A stretch of 64,000 nt of DNA from the human T2T-CHM13v2.0 reference genome, Homo sapiens, in assembly GCF_009914755.1 (NCBI RefSeq), contig NC_060934.1. One strand, 5' to 3'. Under the pieces are notes generated by a model that was not told where the DNA came from, searched no databases, and worked only from the letters and a program-made list of their open reading frames with translations. This document shows, piece after piece, positions 1 to 15,138 of the stretch; within the stretch, counting starts at the first letter, position 1; the number at the start of each line of letters is the position of its first letter. The position numbers were made by a program, and so were the translations under genes.

Positions 1-125
1 ATTAAATTCTATGTGCCTTTCAGTCGTCCAGTGTTCCCCCACCTCCGTACTTGTTAGTGCTACGGAAGGGCATCTCTGTTTAGATCAGTGATGTGCAAAT
101 ATTACTGTCTCCAGATCCCTTTAAA

Positions 126-437
126 CTTTTTTTTTTTTTTTTTTTTTTTTTTAGCAGACAGGATCTGACTCCTGCCCTGGCTGGAGTGTGGTGGCGTGAT
201 TGATCTCGGCTCACTGCAGCCTCAACTTCCTGGGCTCAGGTGATCCTCTCAGCCTCCATGTAGCCAGGGCTACAGGTGTGCACCACCACACCTGGCTAAT
301 TTTTGTATTTTTTTTTTTGTAGAGATGGGGTTTTGCCATGTTGGCCAGGCTGGTTTCAAACTCCTGAGCTCAAGTGATCCACCCAACTCAGCCTCCCAAA
401 GTGCTGGAATTACAGGTGTGAACCACTGTGCCCGGCC
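126..437 (-). mobile_element. AluJ-type SINE
   Basis: Poly-T tail, dimeric Alu ending cccggcc; TSD taaactttt on both sides. Confidence 0.93.
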
Positions 438-602
438 TAAACTTTTCAAAAGTATTGAGGACTTATTAATAATAATTTGTTTATTGTGAGTTATATCTCT
501 TGATATTTGCTATGTCAGAAATTAAAGATGAGAGTTTAAAAAATTGCCCAAGAACTTCTTTAAAAATATAAACCTCTACATCTTTACATAAATGAGATTT
601 TT

Positions 603-3124
<2,522 letters not shown>

Positions 3125-3479
3125 TAGATTTGCATATCTCCCTCTGTATTCAGTCTCTTATGCTATCCTAAGTCATATAACCTCTGGACAATTTCACTGT
3201 ATACTTGTGATAGAATGAGAATGAAAAACATAGTGTCTCAGTATTATTATGAAAAGAGTTTTTGACTTCATAGCTCCCCTGAAAGGATCTCAGGGACACC
3301 TACAGGTTCCCAGAACACCCTACTTTGAAAACCACTAGTTAGGATATTGGTATGTGTTTTTAAATCTTCTAATTATGTCTTTTGTAGTTGCCAATAACAT
3401 TTTCTGTACACTAGAGTATGGATCAGTTATTCATTAAAACATAGTAGTAGAGAAGCTAGTGACTGAAACTTGGAAAATA

Positions 3480-3885
<406 letters not shown>

Positions 3886-6059
3886 TCACAAGTGTATGTC
3901 ACACATGTAAAATCTAAATGTATTTCCTGTTGATCAACAGAGAATGAAATAATAGAAATCACTCAAAATATCGATAGTGGCATAGACAGTATTTCCTTCT
4001 GTCTTGGGTGTAAAAGTGCTAAAACTTATTCAGGTCACTTGACACATAAGTAAGAGTAAAATAGATTTTTTCTAGAAATAGTAATAGAGAGCTTTTTATA
4101 ATTACATAGACAACTGTAGCAGGATGTAAGTCACTTACAAATGACATTAATGCTGAGCCAACCAAAAGAAGGAAGAAAACACAACTTTGAATTACTTCTG
4201 CACAGCCTACATTCTGTCATGTATAATTTTTTAATTGCAGTTTGCTGTGTGGTCTTGTGGAGGAACACGCCTATTACTCCACTTCTGACATGCAAGATGC
4301 TTTGGTGTTCAGCTGTGAGAAATTGTTAATGAATTTGCTATAATTAAAGCACTCCCTTTTTGAAGAGCTTTCCTTTCCTACCTTTAATTTTAAAAAACAA
4401 ACTAGCAGACCGGGCTATTGCTTTGCCAAAAGAATGATAAGAAATTATTGTTTAACAAATATTTATTGAACTGGGTGGATCAAAGGTGATAGAAATTTCA
4501 CTCCCTGATTCTTGGAGTGTACAGAACAACTGGGAAATGATTCAAATGTATCTAGGATTTGGCATAAATTCCAGATTTTATTTTTCAGGCCAAGTAGTTT
4601 TTCTTCTGGCTATTGATCTCCAACAGACTCTTTGGCAACCATTTCAACAGGAATGGATTACCAAGAGCGGGGTGCAGTGGCCTAGAGAGAGTTAGACCTA
4701 CAATGAGATCACTTTCTAAGAGAGGTTGAGAGAGGGGTGGCCTGAGGAGTTGGGAAGAAAAGCAAGTCAGTGGACAATACTGTAACCAGAATATGGCTGT
4801 AGGGCACAGAGAAGCAGTCATTATCAGGGAAGCTCACTTGCAGGCGAGGGATACATTTTAAGTTAGGCAGATGAAACAGAGACAAGGACAACATTGGAAG
4901 AAATGGTACTTGCACAGATCTAGGTGACCAAGTGACATACATCCGAGAAGTTTGTCAAATGATGAGGTTTGAGGTGGGATTGGCCATCCCTATGAGATGT
5001 GCAGAGGGGTAGGGTGAGGCTGGTAAAATCAAGGAAAGCACGGTTACTAAAAAATGTCATTAAAAAGGGAGATGAGCTGGAAATCAGGCAAGATGTATTA
5101 TCTGAGTATATAGAACAGAAATGTCACAGTTTTGACAATGCCAACCAGTATTCTTTGGTGACTACCTCCAAAGGAATTTCAACTCTTATGAACATTAATT
5201 AAATACTTTGGAGTAATTTGATAGACATTTTTTTTCAAGTTTAGCCCATGGCTTAATCTTGCAGAGGGTAGTAGAAAAAAAATACCATTATCTCTGGGAA
5301 ACATTTTTTATGATAATATAATAGAGCCCAAATTTTGACCCACTGCTTTGTTGGAAAGATCATCCAGGACTAGTATTCATTTCCTCCTTGTTTATGACTT
5401 AAAGTGCTTGATCATTTTGGGACACGGTACATCCCAACATCCCATTTTATATATATATATAAAATTATTTTTCTTCAAATTCATATGACAAGCTCTGTCT
5501 CTTCTTTTCATTGCCGGTTATTTTTATTTCTCTTAATGACCATGTCACTCCTGCTATTAATCATGCTCTTGGGACCGTGAATTAACTCATTCAAGCCACT
5601 TGGGCCCCTCCAACTACACTGGAATGCAAATCATTAAATGACTCATTAATTGTTTTCAAACCACTAGGGTCTCATTTAATAACTTGCTGGAGCCATTTAA
5701 TTAAATAGTGTCCTAGTGCCCTCAAAATGTATCCCTGTTTAATGACTCAGGCACTCTTAAAGAGAAAACTTATTAAGTGACCACAAGTATGCTAGGGTTA
5801 TAAAATGGAGTGTTATTTTCTTATTTGCTTTCTTTTCCTTTCCCTATCTGTGGCCTTTCCAACATGTCTTACTGAGGCACCAACTACAAATATGTAAAAA
5901 TAGTACAAAAACCTTGGAATATTGCAACTTTAAGAGATAGTGTGTTTCTTGGCCTTAATTTTAGACATCCACAGGCAGGAAAAACATAGATCAAGGGAGG
6001 CCTTGACATTTTGTGCTCTGAGATGAACTCCAAATAGTGCCAGCAGGTAACCCATATAA

Positions 6060-6270
6060 TTAAAATGAGGGCTAATCGTGTAGGCACTGGGTTAAGTGTT
6101 TCTCTGAATTTTCTCACTGATTTCTCACAAAAATACTACGGGGTTGTTGGTTTATAGATTAGCCTGGATGTTACAGAGGAAGCCACTGAGGCGTAGAGTA
6201 GTGACAGGTAGAATAAGTAGCAGAACTGGGATCCTAACAGAGGCAGTCTCGCGTTTCAGGGCCCTTTCTC
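6060..6270 (-). mobile_element. MIR relic
   Basis: Degenerate MIR core (gtaggcactgggttaagtg...actgaggc...agcagaactgggat). Confidence 0.55.
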
Positions 6271-6449
6271 CTTCATTCATTTGTTCATGTATTTATTCCA
6301 GTTTCAATTATTAATGCCCGCTCTGTGACAAATTTGATAGCCTGCTGTGAGTGAAGGACAGGTAGTCTACTGTGTCAACTTTGGGGGATAGCCCTGGGCT
6401 TCCTCTAATTCCTTTAAACTCCATAGTCATGATAGAGAACTGCTTTTTT

Positions 6450-6753
6450 CATTTTGTTAATTAATTTTTTAAAAATTTTAATTTTGTTTTAAATTTCTAT
6501 TTTAGATTCAGTGGGTATATGTGCAGGTTTGTTACGTGGATGTACTGTGTGTGATGCTGAGGTTTCGGGTATGAATCATCCCATCACCCAGGTACTGAGC
6601 ATAGTACCCACTAGTTAGTTTTTCAGCCCTTGCCCCTCTTCTTCCCTCCGCTCCCTAGTGGTCCTCAGTGCCTATTGTTGCCATCTGTATTTCCATGAGT
6701 TCCTGATGTTTAGCTCCTATTTATAAGTGATAATATGCAGTATTTGGTTTTCT
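6450..6753 (-). mobile_element. L1PA15/16-like 3' end, 5'-truncated
   Basis: ttttagattcag..gtatatgtgcaggtttgttac 3'UTR; perfect TSD gagaactgctttttt 6435-6449 / 6754-6768. Confidence 0.88.
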
Positions 6754-6762
6754 GAGAACTGC

Positions 6763-6916
6763 TTTTTTTTTTTCTGAGACGGGGTTTTTTTTTTTTTTGA
6801 GCAGAGACAGGGTTTCACCGCGTTAGCCAGGATGGTCTCAATCTCCTGACCTCGTGATCCACCCGCCTCAGCATCCCAAAGTGCTGGGATTACAGGCGTG
6901 AGCCACCGCGCCCGGC

Positions 6917-6917
<1 letters not shown>
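6763..6917 (-). mobile_element. AluY/Sc-type left monomer only
   Basis: ttagccaggatggtctc..tcctgacctcgtgatcc diagnostics; right arm missing; tgctttttt on both sides. Confidence 0.85.
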
Positions 6918-6951
<34 letters not shown>

Positions 6952-8394
6952 AGAACGGCTAAACCCCACATTTTAAACTGAACTATGTGTACATAGAATA
7001 ATTATTTAATTATTTAATACCATTTAGACTTCTTGTACTTGTGCAATATAGTTAGATGTGTATGCATCTGTATATAACTAATGTATTTCTCTCAGTGATA
7101 CTGATAATTCCCAGCATATATATGCTCCCTGCTTGTAGAAGCCTAGAATACATAAAAGCCACTTGAAACTATTCAGCTCCAGGAAATTCTTGTCCCACTC
7201 CTTGCTGCTTTCCTTGAGATTCCATCATTTCTGACTTTCCCATGTAGGGTCTAACTTCTGACCTCATTTCTTTCTTGCTGATCTGCCATGCAGTCTTCTT
7301 CCTATGCAATGGCAAGACATCTGTGATTGCTTCTCTTTTATGTCTTTCTCTGTCCAGCGCTCCCACCCCTGAAAAATATAAGTACCCAGTTGAGGAGTTA
7401 GAATAAAGCAAAATATGCTGCATTGTCCTTAAAAACAACAAAAAAGTATTGGGTACTTAGTATTTCTATTCTCTGGATAGTAATACCAAAATGCAATATT
7501 ATAGTGGTTTGTGTGTCACTCCATGTGGGTAAAAGTACACGATTTCTTGGCTTTCCATTTTTCTGTGTCCCAATTTAAAGTACCACACACAGCTGGTTTT
7601 TTACCTTCTTTCGCCTGCACTTTCCTTTGCCTCTTTCTATTTTCTCCCTTTTTTCTTCCACAATCTTCCGTAATTACCATTCACATCTATTAGATTGTGC
7701 TATAGAGTTTTGAATGACATTATCCCAGAGTCTAACATGGGAAATATTATTTTCTGAGCTGTGCTCCTTAACTCCTCAAGCACCTACTGCAGGCGTTGGA
7801 AAAAGAAAGCCATGGGTCTCCACCTCTGCCTCCTCCTTAAAAGCTTCCTGTGTCTTCCCTACAAAGAGATTAGGCCTAATTTTAGACCAGCTGCCCTTGG
7901 GAGGTCGGTAACCTCTGGAGCGATTATAAAGCTAGGCATGATTGAGGAAACTTCTCTTTCGCTTGTAGATCAATTTCGTTTAGCTGTTATAACTTAGTTT
8001 TTGAAGTAAAACCCAAGTCTAATAAACCAAAGAATTGGTTTCACCTTCAAATTCTCAACAAAGCCAAAGCCAAATAATATTACATGTGAAATTGCTTCTT
8101 TGATTGAAAAAATTGGATTTTTGTTTTTACAGAATAGGTTAAAGGATCCTTACTGAAACAAAGAATAGCCTAGCTTTATTCTCATATTAGATCATTCCCT
8201 CTTAATTTGCTTATTTATAGAAAAAAGAACTTATGCAAAGAGACACTACTTTTCATTAAAGTAAAACAAGGGACTTTAGAATGACAGAATATTAATATTG
8301 ACAGTGTGGAGAAATAGTCAAGTTACATTAATATTTACTGTAAAAATCATATATACCTGGTACTCAGTAGCTACTTAATAAATGTTTACATATA

Positions 8395-8651
8395 ACAATA
8401 ATACTTAATAAATACTTAAATATTTCTTTGACTAAGTGCCAGCCACTGTCTAAGGGCTCTTAGTGAATTCTTACAACCACTTAAGGAGGTCTGTGCTATT
8501 ATTATCTCTGTGTTAGAGGCGAATGTCTGTGGCATGGTGGACTTGAAGGACCTAATTTGTCCAAAGTCATTCAGCTAGTAAGAAGTTGACTTGGGATTCA
8601 AACCCAAGCAGCCTGGCTTCCAAGATCCGCTCTTAACCACTATGCCACACT
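8395..8651 (-). mobile_element. MIR
   Basis: gtccaaagtcattcagctagtaaga...gggattcaaacccaagcagcctggcttc...cttaaccactatgcc. Confidence 0.8.
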
Positions 8652-10753
8652 ACCCGCCCAGTGCTGATAAATAAATAACTTGCTTGTGGATCACATGCCA
8701 AAAATGCTTGTTGAAATAATTCTATGCAGGAAGACTTCAGATGTAAAGTTACGACTAGGACTCCAGCTGAAATTGCTTAATGCTATGTACATAGTCATGT
8801 CTAGGCATATTGATTGCTGTAAATTCTTAACTCAGATAGTTCCTATGAGTTCATATTTGGCTATAAAAGCCCAATCCTATAGTAGAATTGTATTTAAAGG
8901 AAAGATAGCTTTTATAAATAAAGGTAGACTTCTTATAGTTTGGGATTTCTTCTGCTTTCTCCTGCAAACCATTCCCGTATTTGATGGTCACTTTCTGCAG
9001 CAATATGTTTTGATGTTCTCTGCTGGGCCGGCACAACAATAAGTCTCAATAAGGATTTTGTTTATCTATAAATAAAACCCTTAGTATACAGTACGAGCTA
9101 AGACCCAATCAGACAGCAGGAGGAGCCTGGCTTTCTTACTGTTGGCCTAGTTGAAATGGTCTTTTTTTTTTTTTTTTTGCCACTGTTACAATTTGCCATT
9201 GTCATCACAATCAGATTCACTCAAGGCAGTTCAATTCCATAGATATTTAGAGATCTAGATTTACTTTATATTACATCCTTAGGGCGTGGCTCTGACCTTC
9301 ATCAAAGAAGGGTAATAATCCTGTTTCAAGGGGGTTAGCATAGGTAATCTTATCGGCTTATGCACGCTATGGTTGGGGGACGCCTAGGTGTGGGGATTGC
9401 TTTCATTCAGATGTGGCTGTGACAAGCACACATTTAGCTAGGAGTCTAGTGTGAATAAAAACATAATGCTGAATTGTAAGCCCCACTGTATACTTACTTC
9501 CAAGGCTGAATACACATTCGAAGTGTCTAATATTCTTGATGTTTGTTGTAGGAAGCATTAAATAATATTTGGAAGAAAAAAGCACCATATCCAGTTATTT
9601 CATTGGTTGAAATAGCTGACCGCTTATAATAAAGTAGTCTGTGGACTGCTTAAATTTTGTAGTGAATTCCTGTGTGTGCATTTTTGTAATGGTCATTCTC
9701 AGTCGTAAATGTCTTTAGAAAGTCATCTAACACAAATACATTGAGAGAAGTTTTCCTAGCATAAGCCTGGTCATAAACTCCACCTGATAACTTTGGGGCT
9801 TGATTTAAATCAGGTGGAAGCTCTGTGCAAAAAGATGGATATGTGACCAATATAATAATGGCTCCTTTTGCAAGAAGCAATACTTCTGAAATTAAGGGGA
9901 ATGCATTAGATGTGTATGTAATAAATAATTGAAAATAATTTTGGAGGCAGAAGTTATTGTAAGTGAAATTCTGTCATAAGTGAAACAATCCTTTACAGCC
10001 TTTTTACTTTCTCATCAGCATGTCATGTCAGAAATGACAACTCATGTCTCCTCAACTAGTTACACAGCTCTTCCCAGCACTGTTTCCTTTCTGGAAACCT
10101 CACAAGTGAACTTTGAAGAAGGAATCTGTATATTCATGAGTAGAGTTTAGTAAATGACTTCACCAGTTAGGGGGTCAACCATGCTAACAGCTCAAATCCC
10201 TTGAACCCTCTTCACTGCCCTAGAGTTGGATTTGGTGTGATTCTCTTCCCACGAATGGAGTAAATTCAGAGAAGCACCCAGAGGAGGAAGTCAATGCCCA
10301 ATCTGTAGAAAGAGAAATTAGCCTGGACACAGCACCACAGGCTATAGTGCAGAACTGTGAGAAACCTTCTGAATCATCCAAGGAAAAAGAAAGGTACACC
10401 TTAATGAGAAAAGAAATTTCTGCAGTGTCCCTGAAGTCTTCAAGATCCCAGAAATCCCTTGGAAATGTAAAACAAAACAAAACAAACAAAAACAAAAACA
10501 AAAAACTGATGTTTTCCTTTTTTTTTTTTTATTAGCACAATCCTAGGAACTTAATTTGTTTCCCAAACTTTTCTATGACATACCGTAAAATTCTCCTATA
10601 TGCCCTGGTGCCATGAATCAGAGATTCATTTGAATTTTAACCACTTTCAATTTCAATTGGAATTTATATATTCCTGAGGGGACAAAAGTAGGTTGGAGGA
10701 CATTTATTTGGCCATATCTATTTGTAGATCCTTTTATTTGAACTACTTTTCTT

Positions 10754-11382
10754 TTTTACTTGAATTTTTAAATATTTATTTTGAAATTTTAAGTTATAAA
10801 CAGTGGATACCCAAATATTTTCTAATTTAACTGGCATAAGTATTTTTATTTTTATCTACAATGTTACATCAGCACTATCAGGTTTTTTTATTATTATACT
10901 TAAAGTTCTGGCATACAAATGCACATTATCACTGGTAATTAGAGAAATGCAAATCGAAACCACAATGAGATCCCATCTCACGCCAGTTAGAATGGAGATC
11001 ATTAAAAAGTCAGGAAACAGATGATGGAGAGGATATGGAGAAATAGGAACGCTTTTACACTGTTGGTGGGAGTGTAAATTAGTTCAACCATTGTGGAAGA
11101 TAGTGTGGCGATTCTTCAAAGATCTAGAACTAGAAATACCATTTGACCCAGCCATCCCATTATTGGGTGTATACCCAAAGGATTATAAATCGTTCTACTA
11201 TAAAGACACATGCACACATATGTTTATTGCGGCACTGTTCACAGTAGTAAAGTCTTGGAACCAACCCAAATGCCCATCAATGATAGACTGGATAAAGAAA
11301 ATGTGGCACATATACAACATGGAATACTATGCAGCCATAAAAAAGGATGAGTTCATGTCCTTTGCAGGGACATGGATGAAAC
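10754..11382 (-). mobile_element. L1PA6-8-like insertion with 5' inversion and apparent 3' transduction
   Basis: Perfect TSD tgaactacttttctt 10739-10753 / 11383-11397; non-L1 DNA 10758-10882; minus-strand L1 3' tip 10883-10923; plus-strand ORF2 C-terminus 10924-11382. Confidence 0.85.
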
Positions 11383-11575
11383 TGAACTACTTTTCTTAAC
11401 AACTAGGGGAAGCCTTGAAACAGGGAAGTCATAATTGTATCTAAGAGGATGATGATGGGTCTGGAGGTGTCACAGGGGCCAGGGGACAAACCAGCCCAGC
11501 ATGGTAGAGCTGGGCACCTTCAAGACAGGTAAAGAGGACAGAAGTGAACAGTATCAAAATGTTTCCACATTCTCC

Positions 11576-11924
11576 AGCAAAATGGTCCAATAGAAATTTG
11601 ATGAAAACCGCAAAAGTGAGCTTCCTGTGCAATTCTAAATTTCCCAGTAGCCGTATATTTTTTTAAAGCCAAGCAATGGATGGATTTAATTTAAATATAT
11701 TTTATTTTAATATATGGCATTATACCTATCAAAAATGTTATCATTTCCTTGGGTAACAAATATAAAAATTACTTGTGTGGTATTCATTTTCCATGATTCT
11801 TCATTTGAAATCACTGAAATCTAGTGTGTATTTTGCACTTACAGCACATCTCATTTTGGACTTGCCCCATTTTACCCACTCAGTAGTCACACGTGGCTAG
11901 TGGCCACCGCCTTAGACAGCTCAG
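11576..11924 (-). mobile_element. MER33 (hAT-Charlie)
   Basis: gtccaatagaaat...gtgtgtattttgcacttacagcacatctc...cacgtggctagtggc..gacagc. Confidence 0.8.
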
Positions 11925-12012
11925 TTCTGAAATTCCCTTTTGTCAGGCCCCTGAAGGAAGCTTTCCAGCCACCATGTGAGATCATCTTCTGCCCTTGAAA
12001 AATCATGCTAAG

Positions 12013-12178
12013 GGCTGGGCATGGTGGCTCGTGCCTGTAATCCCAGCACTGTAGGAGGCTGAGGCTGGTGGATTGATTGAGGCCAGGAGTTTGAGGGTGC
12101 AGTGAGCTATGATCATAACATTGCACTTCAGCCTGGGTGACAGAGCAAGACTCTGTCTCTAAAAAAATTTTAAAAAGG
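12013..12178 (+). mobile_element. Monomeric Alu (FRAM/FAM-like or internally deleted AluJ)
   Basis: Single ~160-nt Alu monomer with A-rich tail. Confidence 0.85.
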
Positions 12179-12243
12179 AAAAGTAGGTCTGAGAAGGAAG
12201 CCCACTTTGGAATCATGGTACCACTCCAGGAAGGTCCTGGAGC

Positions 12244-12440
12244 AGGTCAAGGTCGGGGGGCCCTAGCTGACCCTGCAGTCTTTCACTTTCCTTCACTCCA
12301 GGCTTTCAGTTCAAAAGGTATCCAACTCCTCTTCTCTTGATCTGCCATGATCTTGGCTTAGTTCTTCCACAGCCATTGAGAGCTGACTCAGCCACCAATC
12401 AGGCTGAGTCCAAGAAAGCAGCCCATGAGCTGACTGTATA
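12244..12440. promoter_or_regulatory. Candidate enhancer motif cluster
   Basis: AGGTCAAGGTCG (12244-12255), TTTCACTTTC IRF site (12281-12290), GCTGACTCAGC MARE/AP-1 (12382-12392), CCAATC (12395-12400); motif evidence only. Confidence 0.4.
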
Positions 12441-12564
12441 ACCTAAGCTTGCAAACACAGCCTTGGCTTTGTACACACAACCTTAGCTTTGCACACACAT
12501 GGAAGGGAAGGCACATTCTGGCAAACCATGGTGCTCAGTCTGGCACCAGAGAGAGGCAGAGAAT

Positions 12565-12760
12565 TGCAAGAATTGCAGTTCAGAGCTTGAATACTAACAC
12601 AGAGCTAGGTTGCATTTTGGCTGGATGCTTTGCTAGCTGTATAACCTTACACCAGTTTGTTAACTAGGTTTTCTGGATACCGTGGTTATTTTTGGGATTG
12701 AATGAAGGAATGAGTATAAAGTACCAGACATAAATAAGTCCTCAATAAATGCTTGTTATT
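12565..12760 (+). mobile_element. MIR relic
   Basis: gctagctgtataacctt...ctcaataaatgcttgttatt MIR 3' end. Confidence 0.6.
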
Positions 12761-12788
12761 AATAAGTCCTCAATAAATGCTTGTTATT
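12733..12788. repeat. Perfect 28-bp tandem duplication
   Basis: aataagtcctcaataaatgcttgttatt x2. Confidence 0.95.
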
Positions 12789-12999
12789 AATATCGTCATA
12801 ACAAGTGACATGGAAACTCCTGTCACTCACTTTGCTAGGCAGATTTCTACCTTTGATTTTTTTATATTTGAGCTTCGTGGATGGCAGTTCTGCACAATGG
12901 TGGGCTTTTGGTAAATAACACTTATGATTGAGGAAGAGAGATAATTTTGGGCAGAAATTTACAAGTGCCATTACAGTAAAATAAAATGGCATCAGGAAC

Positions 13000-13310
13000 A
13001 CTCTTCCTTAAGGTGTCTGCATGGCTCAGACTCTCAACTTATTTGGGTCTTTGGTCAAGTCTCAATTTATCAGTGAAGTCTTTCCTGAGCATTTTGTTAC
13101 ATGGTAGCCTCTCTGTCTCACAAATCCCAAAATGTATCCATCTGTCTGCTTAATTTTTTGCATAGCTCTTAGTACCACCTGAGGTTCTTCATATTTACTT
13201 GATTATTGTCTTACTCCCTATTAAAACATAACTTCCCTAAAAATGGGAAATTTTACCCATTTCTTTACTGCAGTCCCCTGTCACCTAGAACAGTTTCTTG
13301 CACGTAAGTT
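13000..13310 (+). mobile_element. L2 3' region relic
   Basis: ctgcatggctc...cagtgaagtctttcctga...cacctagaacagtttcttgcacgtaag. Confidence 0.65.
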
Positions 13311-13457
13311 TCTGCCCTCAGGAGTTTTACACTCTTTTCTTATCAGCAAAGCTCTTTTTGTCTGTGAGTACACGACTCATCTTGTTTAAAGAGCCTCTGT
13401 ATTTCAGAATGATATGAGTCTGTTTCTTTTCTCCATGTCTCCATGTCTCTTCCATGA

Positions 13458-13824
<367 letters not shown>

Positions 13825-14404
13825 TAGGGAACAGAAAACATAAGTACATGCTTCTGTGTTGTGTTTAAATTTTTAAGCTTTTTTAAGACTATATATAAAA
13901 TATGGTTTTTTTAAATGAACACTTACACATGTGAAATAAACACTTTTACATGTGAAAAGCTGACACCATGAGAAATTAAATGATTTGTCCAAGACCTTGG
14001 AGCCAGTTAGTTACAGGGCTAGCAATAGATGTTGCATCTCCCTAATTTGAGAATATGTGGGATTATATATGATAATTTTCAGATGTAATAACATTCATTA
14101 TTAGTAATATAATTAAAAAATTTTTAAGTAGAAGGACTAGCTGCAAGATTTGTTTTTGCGAAAATGAAAGTTCTATCATGTTTATCTTCTTCTGTAATCA
14201 ATGAAACTGAAAAAAATACCTGTTTCCCCTGTAACATCAAACTCATTAAGAAATTATTTTATCTTGAGTACCACATACTTGAAAGTTTATTTATTATTGA
14301 TTTTTTGAAAAGAAAAATAAATAATATTATTTCCAAGTAGACAGACAATTTAAAGCTTAACCTTGAATCATTCGCTCAATAAATACAAAGAAGAGGGAAG
14401 CTAG

Positions 14405-14532
14405 TTTATTTTTTATTTGTATTTTTTGGTTTGTTTTGTTTCAACTTTTATTTTAGATTCAGGTGGCACATGTGCAGGCTTGTTACTAGAGTATATTGTG
14501 TGATGTTAAGGTTTAGAGTGCAAATGATCCCA
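14405..14532 (-). mobile_element. Short L1PA15/16-like 3' tip
   Basis: caacttttattttagattcagg..cacatgtgcagg..tgttac. Confidence 0.75.
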
Positions 14533-15067
14533 GGAAAGACAGTTTAAACTTGACATCAAGGAATTTAGATATAATAATCATCAGGTTTGTTTTGGTTATA
14601 TATAGGTAAATTCTCTTTCTCGCGCTGCACTTACGAATTTTACACTATATAGTGTCTGGAAACGTTAAAACAGGTCTTATTGTACACATATGTCTTGCAA
14701 GCACAACTGGTGGAAAATGAACAGTGACAACAAAAATTAACTTTACAACAACGAAAACTAATTTTCATCTAGTCTGGTGAGCCTAGCTGGTAGAAAATTA
14801 ACAGCAACAGCAAACTTTAACCACAATGAAAAAACTGACATTAATTTAGAGATTAATGCCTATGGCTTATATATCTATTTGTCGGGGAAGCAGAAAATGA
14901 GGAAGTTTCTGGATCAGTGGAAGTTGAGACCTGTCCCACTGTCAAATAATTGGAATTGTCAAAATCCAGCGTACTTAGTTACTCCTTGCCCATAGACGTG
15001 TTTGACCTAGAAAAATTTCTTATACGCAACAGATATTCATGAAATATATATTAAAATAAAGCTTGAA

Positions 15068-15138
15068 GGGTGAATTAAATAAATATTTACTTGGAAGCTA
15101 CAGTGGGTGAATTAAACAAATATTTACTTGGAAGCTAC
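15068..15138. repeat. 34-bp tandem duplication (3-bp spacer) carrying forkhead motifs
   Basis: gggtgaattaaaYaaatatttacttggaagctac at 15068-15101 and 15105-15138, one T/C difference. Confidence 0.95.
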
